The translations under genes were made by a program, and so were the position numbers. A DNA stretch of 34,898 nucleotides, from the NCBI GenBank assembly GCA_964607235.1, contig CAZSJU010000004.1:1-34898 (forward strand), in the 5' to 3' direction. This document shows, one piece after another, positions 24,516-32,289 of this stretch (positions are counted from its first letter, which is position 1; each line of letters opens with the position of its first letter). Origin of the DNA: an uncultured Anaerolineae bacterium (lineage in GTDB: Bacteria; Chloroflexota; Anaerolineae; S140-20). The notes under the pieces are model-generated. The model saw only the letters and a list, made by a program, of their open reading frames with translations. It was not told where the DNA came from and did not search any database.

Positions 24516-26090
24516 TTACTCGATCAGCGTGTGAATCTGCTCGTGCATGTAAAGCGGCAGATAATAGTGTCCCCCGGCGTTCTTGCCGCTCGATCCGGAT
24601 CCTTTCCAGCCGCCAAAGGGTTGGTAACCAGGCCACGCGCCGGTGGTTGCCCCTTGTGGGCGATTAGCATAGGCCACGCCAGCTTGGATATTGTCAAAGA
24701 ACCAGCGTGTTTCCTCTTTATCTCCGTAAAAGCCCGCCGTCAGTCCATAATTCACGTCGTTGGCCAAATGCAGCGCTTCTTCCAGGTTTTTGACCTTGTG
24801 TACCATAGTGATGGGCAAAAACATCTCATGAGACCACAAACAGTGGTCCATTGGCACGTCTGCCACGATTGTGGGGGCGCAGAAATACCCTTTGGCGCGG
24901 TTCCCCTCGGTCAGCACGTGCCCGCCGGTGAGGAGGGTGCCGGCCTGTGACAGCTCTTGGGAGAAATCATAAAAGTCTTGGTATGCTTGGGGGTTGATCA
25001 CCGGACCCAGATAGACGTTCCGCTCGGTTGGGTCGCCGCTGGTCAATTTTTCGGTCGCAGTCACCAGCCGCTCGACCAGTTCTTCATAGACCGGGGCTTC
25101 GATAAAGACCCGGCTGCAGGCCGAGCACTTTTGTCCCTGCAAGCCAAAAGCCGAACGCACGATGCCCAGAGTGGCCCGTTCCAGGTCGGCGTGTCGTGAG
25201 ACGAGAGCGGGATTTTTGCCGCCCATTTCCAGGATAGCCGGACGAGGGCAGCAGCCCTCGGTAAACTGGCGATAGATGCGCATCCCTACCTCGTGTGAAC
25301 CCGTGAAGGTGATACCATCCACCTCCAAACTGTCCGTCAGCGCCTGGCCTAACGTGCCGCCGGGGCCGGTGACATAGTTCAAGGTCCCCTCTGGCAGGCC
25401 GGCGTCGCGGAACGCCTCGGCCAGCAAGCGCGCGGTCCAGGGCGTGCTAGAGGCGGGTTTCATTACGACAGTGTTGCCGGTTACCAGCGCCGCGCCAGCC
25501 GGGCCGGCCGTCAGCGCGGCCGGAAAGTTGAACGGGCTGATGACAACCCAGACCCCATAGGGCCGCATCACCGAAAAGTTGGTGGCTTGGTAGCCCACCA
25601 GCGGGTCACGTCCCATCTCGACGACAAAGCCATCGTGCCGTTCCATCTGATCGCAGGCATAGCGGATCAATGCGACGGCTTCAGCAATGTCCCCCAGTGC
25701 TTCCAGGCGGTTCTTGCCCACTTCTAGCGTAATGACCGCCGCAATCTCAAATATGCGCGCGTCTATCAGGTCGGCCGCCTTGCGCAAGGCGGCGACCCGC
25801 GTTTGCCACTCCATCCTGGCCCAGGTTAAAGCAGCGCGGCGGGCGGCGGCGATGGCGTCTCGGGCGTCTTGAACGGTCCCTTTTTGAAAAGCGCCCAACA
25901 CCACGTCCGTGTTGGCAGGAAAGTGGTTAATGAACTGGGTGGAGGCGGAGCGATCTTGGCCGGCGATGAACATATGATGTTCTTGTCCTAGCTTGGCTTT
26001 GACCTGTCTCAGTGCCGCTTCATAACGTGTGTGCAACGCTTCGGGCGGGTTGAACATGGTGGCGTAGGTCAACTCGAACTTTTCTGCCAT
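24516..26090 (-). CDS. pruA: L-glutamate gamma-semialdehyde (1-pyrroline-5-carboxylate) dehydrogenase
   Basis: ALDH superfamily with P5CDH-specific strings: LEVGKNRLEALGDIAEAV, EMGGKNP, FGLQGQKCSACSR, and a C-terminal QPFGGWKGSGSSGK. I prefer the ATG at 26090 because AGAGGA lies 10 nt upstream. The track start at 26099 is 1 nt from that SD. Confidence 0.85.
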   Translation of the reverse strand: MAEKFELTYATMFNPPEALHTRYEAALRQVKAKLGQEHHMFIAGQDRSASTQFINHFPANTDVVLGAFQKGTVQDARDAIAAARRAALTWARMEWQTRVAALRKAADLIDARIFEIAAVITLEVGKNRLEALGDIAEAVALIRYACDQMERHDGFVVEMGRDPLVGYQATNFSVMRPYGVWVVISPFNFPAALTAGPAGAALVTGNTVVMKPASSTPWTARLLAEAFRDAGLPEGTLNYVTGPGGTLGQALTDSLEVDGITFTGSHEVGMRIYRQFTEGCCPRPAILEMGGKNPALVSRHADLERATLGIVRSAFGLQGQKCSACSRVFIEAPVYEELVERLVTATEKLTSGDPTERNVYLGPVINPQAYQDFYDFSQELSQAGTLLTGGHVLTEGNRAKGYFCAPTIVADVPMDHCLWSHEMFLPITMVHKVKNLEEALHLANDVNYGLTAGFYGDKEETRWFFDNIQAGVAYANRPQGATTGAWPGYQPFGGWKGSGSSGKNAGGHYYLPLYMHEQIHTLIE

Positions 26091-26134
26091 CTTTTTCATT
26101 TCCTCTTGTCTTTGTGCTCACGGACTCTTGAAAG

Positions 26135-26163
26135 AGTATAGATTGGACTGTCGTTGGCGTCAA
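26135..26163 (-). promoter_or_regulatory. sigma70-type promoter for pruA
   Basis: Minus strand TTGACG (26163->26158), 17 nt, TATACT (26140->26135). Confidence 0.55.
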
Positions 26164-26201
26164 AAGGATAAAAGCGGACCGGTGTAAAATCGAAAAGCCG
26201 G

Positions 26202-27326
26202 TCAGGGAGAGCTGGACGCATCACGCAGCGCGGCGATGATTTGATGGTCGGCGGCGGAAAAGGCGAATCGCTCCACCTCGTTCAAGGTGATCCAACGCCA
26301 GTCGGCGCAGCCCACTGCTTGTGGCTGTCCAGACGCCATATAGCAGTGAAAGGCATGTAGGGTGATGCGAAAGTGCGTAAAAGCGTGTGGCACGACGGTC
26401 AGCGGTGTGCCCACAATGACGTCGATGTCCAGTTCCTCGGCCAGTTCGCGCCGCAGACACGCGGGCAAGGTCTCTCCAGGTTCTTGCTTGCCGCCGGGAA
26501 ACTCCCACAGTCCTCCCAGGAGCCCCTCGGCCGGTCGTTGGGCGATGAGAAAACGGTCACCGTCGTCAACTTGATCCGCGAGGTCCCCCGGCCGGGCGTT
26601 TTTCCAGATGATGCCCGCCGTCACCTCATAGTGGGGCACCGGACGGCGGGGGCGGCGAAGGGGGTACTCTTGTTCCTGGCCCGCCTGGTGCGCCCGGCAG
26701 TCCTGGGCCAGGGGACATTGGTGGCACTGCGGCGCGCGAGGGGTACATACTGTTGCGCCCAGGTCCATAAGGGCCTGGTTGAAATCGCCGGCCCGGCCCG
26801 ATGGCAGCAGCGATGCGGCCAGTTCCCATAATTGGCGCTTGCCTTTCCCCCGGGTGACGTCTTGATCGATGGCAAACGCGCGGCCGAGTACACGGCGGAC
26901 GTTGCCGTCAGGTGCGACCACGTCCTGCCCGTAGGCGACGCTCAGTATAGCGCCCGCGGTATAGGGCCCTATTCCAGGCAGTGAGGAGAGCGCTTGCATT
27001 GTGTCTGGAATCTGGCCCTGGAACTCGGACACGACCTGACGGGCTGCCGCGTGCAGGTGACGTGCCCGCGCATAATAGCCCAACCCTTCCCACAGCTTGA
27101 GCACCGCGTCCAGGTCAGCCGCCGACAGCGTCTCTATGGTGGGGAAACGGGCCAGGAAGCGTTCATAGTAGGGAATGACGGTGGTGACCTGCGTCTGTTG
27201 CAGCATCACCTCGGCCACCCAGATGTGGTAGGGGTCGCCGGTCCGCCGCCAGGGCAGGTCGCGCCGGTGCTCGGCGTACCAGGCGAGCAAGCGAGCGGTC
27301 AAGTCAATATTTTGGGCAACGTGCAT
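26202..27326 (-). CDS. mutY: A/G-specific adenine DNA glycosylase
   Basis: 374 aa. Motifs: LLAWYAEHRRDLPWR..DPYHIWVAEVMLQQTQV, an HhH-GPD core, the 4Fe-4S Cys cluster CxxxxxxCxxCxxxxxC (CTPRAPQCHQCPLAQDC) and a NUDIX-like C-terminal domain. Confidence 0.9.
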   Translation of the reverse strand: MHVAQNIDLTARLLAWYAEHRRDLPWRRTGDPYHIWVAEVMLQQTQVTTVIPYYERFLARFPTIETLSAADLDAVLKLWEGLGYYARARHLHAAARQVVSEFQGQIPDTMQALSSLPGIGPYTAGAILSVAYGQDVVAPDGNVRRVLGRAFAIDQDVTRGKGKRQLWELAASLLPSGRAGDFNQALMDLGATVCTPRAPQCHQCPLAQDCRAHQAGQEQEYPLRRPRRPVPHYEVTAGIIWKNARPGDLADQVDDGDRFLIAQRPAEGLLGGLWEFPGGKQEPGETLPACLRRELAEELDIDVIVGTPLTVVPHAFTHFRITLHAFHCYMASGQPQAVGCADWRWITLNEVERFAFSAADHQIIAALRDASSSP

Positions 27327-27344
27327 CGCGTTTCCTTCAAGCGC

Positions 27345-28406
27345 TCACGGTTCGCCGGCGGGTTGCAGCAGCGCCAGGTAGCGGTCCAGCGTATCCTGGT
27401 CCAGTGGGCCGACGTGCCGGGCGACGATGCGACCTTTGCGATCGATGAAAAAGCTGGTCGGCAGACCACGCACCTGGTAGGCAGCGTTGACCTGGCCCGT
27501 CTGATCCAACAGCGGCGATGACAGGCCCAGTTCGTCGGCGACGGCCTGGACCTCTGCAGGGGATTCGCGCACATCTATGGTCAACACGAGCAGGTCGGTC
27601 GCACTTGCTCGCGTGGTTGCCTGCAACAGGCGCAACTCGTCGCGGCACATTGTGCACCAGGTGGCCCAAAAGATGAGCAGCACCGGGCGGCCTCTCAAGT
27701 CAGATAGCGTCACAGCCGTCCCGTCGGTTGTCGCCAGCCTAAAGTTGGGCGCCAACTCGCCCACGCCAGGCCCGGCGGGGAGCGTCGTTTGTATGGGGGG
27801 CGGCTCGGGCGTCGGGGGGAGAGATGATGAGAGAGGGTACAGGCTCTCCCTGATCTCTATCTGCGCCTGATCCCGCAAGGCGGCAACCCAGGCCTGGGCG
27901 TCTCCATCCGGTGACAGCGTGTTCAGCGCTTGCTCTACCCGCAACAGGCGCGGGATGACCTCTTGTACCAAATCTGCGCGCGTGAGTTGACTGCGTTCAA
28001 GCGCCTGGTCAAGGGCAGCCTGGGTCAAGTTTTGCGCCGCTATCAAGTCCGCCAACCACGCTTCCGCCTGAGCCGGGTCCGTCTCGGGGATACCGGCCGC
28101 CGCGGCTTGTCTCAGCACCAGGCGTTGGTTGATCAACTGTTCCAACGTTTCCTCGGGCGTCGGGGGAGACTGGCCGAGCAACCCGCTCATGACCTGGTCC
28201 AGTGCCACTGCCTGTTCCCACTCGTGACGCCAGATGGACAACCCGTCCACGGTGGCCACTGCCGGAGGCGTAGGCGTCACGGCGGTCGGGGAGGGTGGAA
28301 GCAAACGTGGCGTTTGCCTCAAGGACACGAGCATCGCGGCGACCAATCCCAGGCCGCCGATCAGGGCCACGCCAAAAAATAGGATGCGTCGAAAAGAGTT
28401 TGACAT
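27345..28406 (-). CDS. membrane-anchored TlpA/ResA-like thiol-disulfide oxidoreductase with SurA_N-like helical segment
   Basis: 353 aa with an N-terminal signal anchor (ILFFGVALIGGLGLVAAMLV). The middle region resembles the SurA/PpiD N-terminal chaperone segment. The C-terminal thioredoxin fold has VLLIFWATWCTMC (CxxC). It lies 18 nt upstream of mutY, so the two are probably co-transcribed. Confidence 0.75.
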   Translation of the reverse strand: MSNSFRRILFFGVALIGGLGLVAAMLVSLRQTPRLLPPSPTAVTPTPPAVATVDGLSIWRHEWEQAVALDQVMSGLLGQSPPTPEETLEQLINQRLVLRQAAAAGIPETDPAQAEAWLADLIAAQNLTQAALDQALERSQLTRADLVQEVIPRLLRVEQALNTLSPDGDAQAWVAALRDQAQIEIRESLYPLSSSLPPTPEPPPIQTTLPAGPGVGELAPNFRLATTDGTAVTLSDLRGRPVLLIFWATWCTMCRDELRLLQATTRASATDLLVLTIDVRESPAEVQAVADELGLSSPLLDQTGQVNAAYQVRGLPTSFFIDRKGRIVARHVGPLDQDTLDRYLALLQPAGEP

Positions 28407-28415
28407 ATGTCAAAG

Positions 28416-28444
28416 ATTATATGTATCTGTGCACCATTTGGCAA
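28416..28444 (-). promoter_or_regulatory. sigma70-type promoter, near-leaderless, for the TlpA-like gene
   Basis: Minus strand TTGCCA (28444->28439), 17 nt, TATAAT (28421->28416). The -10 ends only 9 nt before the ATG at 28406 and there is no SD. Confidence 0.55.
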
Positions 28445-28513
28445 GCGATAGCTGTGAGATGTTGAAAAAGTGGCGCGTGATGATGCTCACCTCTCGTCTG
28501 TTACAAATATCAA

Positions 28514-28542
28514 TTGTGTGGGAATTCATAAAATGCTATAAT
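28514..28542 (+). promoter_or_regulatory. extended -10 promoter for the 28623-31248 operon
   Basis: TTGTGT (28514-28519), 17 nt ending in TGc, TATAAT (28537-28542). Confidence 0.5.
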
Positions 28543-28553
28543 GGTGTAGGTAT

Positions 28554-28590
28554 AGGGCCGGATTCGCCCGAGAGACCTGGCCCTTTTTCT
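28554..28590 (+). promoter_or_regulatory. terminator-like hairpin plus U-tract in the 5' leader (possible attenuator)
   Basis: AGGGCCGG (28554-28561) pairs with CC-t-GGCCCT (28576-28584) around a 14-nt loop, followed by TTTTTCT. It starts ~5 nt after the predicted TSS and ends 33 nt before the ATG at 28623. Confidence 0.35.
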
Positions 28591-28622
28591 ACATTTTTCC
28601 TCTCTGGTGCAGGGAGCGCAGC

Positions 28623-29696
28623 ATGGTGTTGCCTGGCACAAAGCCATTGGATGGAGAATTCTGGTACGTTTTGGACGATCGGAACAACGTGGATTGGCGA
28701 CCACGTCCAAAACAACGCGGGGATTTTTACCTGGGCTGGTTGGGACAAGGAAAGAACGTCATCGGGGCCGGATTGGCGCGGCTCAAGCAAGGGCAGTTGG
28801 TGCACATTTGCACCCATGGGACCCCGTATTATTGGCTGCAGCCTTATGAGGTGTTGCCGGTTACCGGCCAGGTGTTGCTGGATCAACAGATGTCGGGCGC
28901 GGACGCGATGGCTTGGGATTATTCCCTGGGAGGGTGGGAACTGCGTGACCAGACACCTACTCGGGTTCATCCCTGGCCTGATGCGCCCACTATCCCGATG
29001 AACAAGGCCACGTTGAGCCAGGCCGTCCTGGTGATTTTGCGCAACGCTCGCATTGACGGCGAGGCTCCGCCGCCCCAGGTGCAAGGATTACTGGCTCGGA
29101 CCGAGCAAGCGCCTCCGCCGGATCCCCTCCAGGCGCTATTGGATCGTCTCTGCGAACGCCTGGGCAAACCGAACGTCTTGCCCATTTTGATCGAGTTGGT
29201 CAAACATGACGTGAACGTGATGCCGGCCTATCGCCGCTCTGATCTATTTGAGAACTTGATGACGGACGAGGTGGTGCCGCCGCCCAGCAAAGTCGCGCGC
29301 CTGGTGCTCAGCACGGTTTATCACTTGAGCCCCCTGCTGAACAGCCAGCGACTCAGTAGCGCATTGTTATTGAACAGTCTGCGTCAGCGTCACCCCTTTG
29401 ACGTGGCCTGGGGCACCGATTTTCTCGTCCAGTGTATTGGGCTGGCAAACCTGGTCCGGTTGTTGCAGGTCGCCATCGTCAAAGAAGGGGACGACCAGGT
29501 GCGCGGCAACGTGTTGGACCTGTTGCAGGATCTGGGGTATGGCCTCAACGCCGGCTTGGAAGGCCAGGTGTTGAGCCGTCTAGATAAACTGGCCGGGCAA
29601 GATAGCCTGGGTGCTTTGACACAAGTAATCCACTCTCATCTGTCCTTCTTGCAAGAGTACGTCCGTCAAAGGGACGCCGCTCATCCAATTCGTTGA
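28623..29696 (+). CDS. hypothetical protein, 357 aa (Trp/Tyr-rich N-terminal domain, Leu-rich helical C-terminal domain)
   Basis: ATG at 28623 with GGGAG 6 nt upstream. No family signature recognised. Confidence 0.7.
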   Translation: MVLPGTKPLDGEFWYVLDDRNNVDWRPRPKQRGDFYLGWLGQGKNVIGAGLARLKQGQLVHICTHGTPYYWLQPYEVLPVTGQVLLDQQMSGADAMAWDYSLGGWELRDQTPTRVHPWPDAPTIPMNKATLSQAVLVILRNARIDGEAPPPQVQGLLARTEQAPPPDPLQALLDRLCERLGKPNVLPILIELVKHDVNVMPAYRRSDLFENLMTDEVVPPPSKVARLVLSTVYHLSPLLNSQRLSSALLLNSLRQRHPFDVAWGTDFLVQCIGLANLVRLLQVAIVKEGDDQVRGNVLDLLQDLGYGLNAGLEGQVLSRLDKLAGQDSLGALTQVIHSHLSFLQEYVRQRDAAHPIR

Positions 29697-29697
29697 C

Positions 29698-30132
29698 ATG
29701 AGTAGCAGGCAAAACCGTATGAACCAGCGAAACTCTGGCCATTTGGCCATACATCGGCGCTCGGATGAGGTGACGTTTCTCAAGCAGCGCTTGCGTGACC
29801 TGGAAGAGATGCTGCAGGACGAGCAAGCACAAGGGGAGCAGACAGCGACCTGGCGGCGGGAACGTGACCTGGCCGATGAATTGCTCCACACGCGCCACAC
29901 CGAACCGCTGGGTGAGACCTTGCAGCGCCGATTGGCGATGGCCGAGCTTGTTTGTCGCGACCTGACGACCATCCAGCGTAAAGGCGCTGAATCGCTCGTC
30001 GCGCCTTTGGGCCGGCCGTCGACGCCGGTTTCAACGCGGGCGAGCCGGCGAAATTATGGGATAGCAGAGACCGAGCGCCGAGCCCTGGCCGACATGCTCC
30101 AACAATGGTGGGCCTGGCTGCGCAGACTGTAG
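29698..30132 (+). CDS. hypothetical protein, 144 aa, Arg/Glu-rich predicted coiled coil
   Basis: The start is 1 nt after the upstream stop (TGAcATG), so it is translationally coupled. It contains a heptad-like LKQRLRDLEEMLQDEQAQ. No family recognised. Confidence 0.55.
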   Translation: MSSRQNRMNQRNSGHLAIHRRSDEVTFLKQRLRDLEEMLQDEQAQGEQTATWRRERDLADELLHTRHTEPLGETLQRRLAMAELVCRDLTTIQRKGAESLVAPLGRPSTPVSTRASRRNYGIAETERRALADMLQQWWAWLRRL

Positions 30133-30141
30133 AGCGATGTT

Positions 30142-31248
30142 ATGTCAAGTGTTCCCCTCATCATCTTTGGACTGGGCCGCGTAGGCCGCACCTTTTTGCG
30201 CCAACTTGTCAGTAACCGGCAGGCGTTGGCTCAGCGATTGGACCTCGATCTGGTCGTGGTGGGGCTGGCTGCGCTTGAGCACATGGTCTTTGATCCGGCC
30301 GGTCTAACAGATGAGCGCTTGCTGGCCTTGGTGAAAGCGTTGGAAAGCGGCGACTCTTTGCTCGATTTTGAGGGCGGGCAAGTCAAAGCCAGCAATCAAG
30401 AACTGCTGGCAAGGTTGTTCGACACCCTGGGTGAGGTGCCGATTATCATCGACACGACCAACGCCGAAGAGATGGCCACGGACCTGATTTACGCGCTCGA
30501 TCAGGGATGTTGTATGGCGTTGACCAACGGGCGGGCGCTGGTGGGCCCCTGGTCGACCAGCCGGCGCTTTTTCGAGTCGCCGCACGTGCGTTTCGAAGCG
30601 ACGGTGGGGGCCGGCCTGCTGGCGACGTGTCTGCTGCGCGACCTGTTGGAGACCGGCGATAAGGCGAGCGCGATCGAGGGGTCGCTGAGCGCGACGGTGG
30701 GATATATTTGCTCGCAGCTTCAGCTCGGCGTGCCCTTTTCCGCAGCGCTGGCGCAGGCACAAGACCTGGGCTACACGGAACATGACCCCCGCGAGGATTT
30801 GAACGGTCAGGACTCGGCCCGCAAGATTTTGATCATGGGCCGGTTGGCCGGCTGGCCGCTGGAAATGCGTGACGTGCAAGTAGAGCGGCTTTGTTCTCCC
30901 AATCTGGCGAGCTTGCCGCCGGGTCTCTTTATGGAGCGGGTCTCGCAACTGGATGATAACATGGCCCAGCGGGTCCAGGTGGCGCGGGAGGATGGATGCG
31001 TGCTGCGCTACGTGGCCGAGATCGACGCGGGGGGCGCACGTGTGGGCCTGCGTGCCGTGCCGCGCGTCAGTCAGTTGGGCGTGTTGCAAGGATCCGAGTG
31101 CCTGGTGACGATATTTACCGCCCGTTACACAGTGTCGCCGCTGACCATTTCGGGGCGTGGGGTCGGCCCTGAACTGGGCGCCGCCGCGTTGTTGCGGGAT
31201 GTCGTGTCGCTGGCTTGCTCTCGTTTTAGGATGTCGCCAATAGAATAA
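30142..31248 (+). CDS. ThrA-type homoserine dehydrogenase-like protein, stand-alone, with NK lysine replaced
   Basis: 368 aa. Motifs: IIFGLGRVGRTF (NAD fold), FEATVGAGL, and DLGYTEHDPREDLNGQDSARKILIMGR, which closely follows the ThrA/Hom6 GYTEPDPRDDLxGxDVARK block. The usual xxNK motif reads ALTNGRAL. Confidence 0.75.
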   Translation: MSSVPLIIFGLGRVGRTFLRQLVSNRQALAQRLDLDLVVVGLAALEHMVFDPAGLTDERLLALVKALESGDSLLDFEGGQVKASNQELLARLFDTLGEVPIIIDTTNAEEMATDLIYALDQGCCMALTNGRALVGPWSTSRRFFESPHVRFEATVGAGLLATCLLRDLLETGDKASAIEGSLSATVGYICSQLQLGVPFSAALAQAQDLGYTEHDPREDLNGQDSARKILIMGRLAGWPLEMRDVQVERLCSPNLASLPPGLFMERVSQLDDNMAQRVQVAREDGCVLRYVAEIDAGGARVGLRAVPRVSQLGVLQGSECLVTIFTARYTVSPLTISGRGVGPELGAAALLRDVVSLACSRFRMSPIE

Positions 31249-32179
31249 CGACCGAGACCACCACTGCCAGTAGGACCCCTCCCCCGACCCAAGCCCAGGT
31301 CGGGATGTTGGCCACGCTGCCCGAGGATTTTTTACGTTGCATTGCCATAGCTTTTCTAGAAAACACGCCGCTATCCGTCATCAGCCGCGTCTGCGCGGCT
31401 TGCACGGCCTCGTGTAGGGCGTTGGCTAACGCGTTGGCCGTTTGATAGCGGCTCTCTGCTCGTTTGGTCAGGGCCTTGAGCAAGATGGCATCCAAAGCCG
31501 GTAACAGGTCCGGTCTGTGCGCGCGCGGCACTTTGGGACGCTGGGTCAGGTGGGCTTGCATGACCTCTGCCCCGCTGCCTTCAAACGGTGGTTTTCCCGT
31601 CAACATTTCATAGAGCACCACGGCCAGTGCATAGGTGTCGCTGCGTTGGTCGGCGGCCCCAAAATTGCGCGGGTCCACTTGTTCCGGCGCGACATAGGTG
31701 GCAGGGGCGCCCACTGCTTCTAGCAGATAAAAGTTGTCCAACCATACGTGCTCGTCTTGTACATATATGTTGGACGGTCGCACATCGTGGTGATAGATGC
31801 CTTGTCCATGCGCGTAATCCAGCGCCTGCGCTAGCTGGGTGATGACGGACAAGAGGTCGTCGATTTCCAGAGGCCCGTGGCTGGCCAAGTGTTGTACGAG
31901 CGAGATGCCAGGCGGCATCCCCGTTACGAGATAAAAATGATCTTGCGCGCTCACGTCGCGGACGGGCACGATGTGAGCGTGTTGCAAGCGGGCAAGCTGC
32001 TCCGCTTGGTGGCGGAAATGTTCTGTGATTTGAGCATCGTCTTGCAAATGGGGGTGGACCAGTTTGAGCATCACCGGTTGACCACGCTTGAGATCGTGGG
32101 CGCGATACACATTGAGCAGATCTCCTTGTCCCTCGCGCGCCAACAATTTGTACCGGCCTACCTGTTTGATCTCGGGCAT
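31226..32179 (-). CDS. Ser/Thr protein kinase-like protein, C-terminal tail anchor, divergent catalytic motifs
   Basis: 317 aa with AAGGAGA 5 nt upstream of the ATG. Hanks-type layout: GQGDLLNVY, VMLK, YHHDVRPSNIY (in place of HRDxKxxN), LDNF (in place of DFG), YVAPE. The C-terminal TM is WAWVGGGVLLAVVVSVVILLATS. The 3' end overlaps the convergent 30142-31248 gene by 23 nt. Confidence 0.75.
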   Translation of the reverse strand: MPEIKQVGRYKLLAREGQGDLLNVYRAHDLKRGQPVMLKLVHPHLQDDAQITEHFRHQAEQLARLQHAHIVPVRDVSAQDHFYLVTGMPPGISLVQHLASHGPLEIDDLLSVITQLAQALDYAHGQGIYHHDVRPSNIYVQDEHVWLDNFYLLEAVGAPATYVAPEQVDPRNFGAADQRSDTYALAVVLYEMLTGKPPFEGSGAEVMQAHLTQRPKVPRAHRPDLLPALDAILLKALTKRAESRYQTANALANALHEAVQAAQTRLMTDSGVFSRKAMAMQRKKSSGSVANIPTWAWVGGGVLLAVVVSVVILLATS

Positions 32180-32259
32180 TATGCTCTCCTTGCCACTTTA
32201 CATCCTGAACTGCGACGGCCCCGACTAGAAAAGTCCTGACTTGTTTTCCGACGAGGGTC

Positions 32260-32289
32260 ATTATACACTCGCTTGTTGGAATGACGCAA
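32260..32289 (-). promoter_or_regulatory. sigma70-type promoter for the kinase-like gene
   Basis: Minus strand TTGCGT (32289->32284), 18 nt, TATAAT (32265->32260). Confidence 0.5.

Noticed and set aside
26177-26203. GACCGG/CCGGTC hairpin overlapping the mutY stop, considered as the mutY terminator
   Set aside because: It has only a 6-bp stem with a 15-nt loop and an interrupted U-tract, which is too weak to call. The pruA promoter follows immediately, so read-through is equally plausible.
28234-29001. 255-aa plus-strand ORF bridging the TlpA-like gene start, the divergent promoter region and the 357-aa gene
   Set aside because: It would have to be read through two promoters and a terminator-like hairpin. 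It overlaps the better-supported 28623 ORF, which has a GGGAG SD, in another frame.
30304-31089. 261-aa ORF antisense to the HSD-like gene
   Set aside because: It is antisense to an ORF with clear homoserine-dehydrogenase motifs, has an Arg/Gln/His-rich composition and has no start context.
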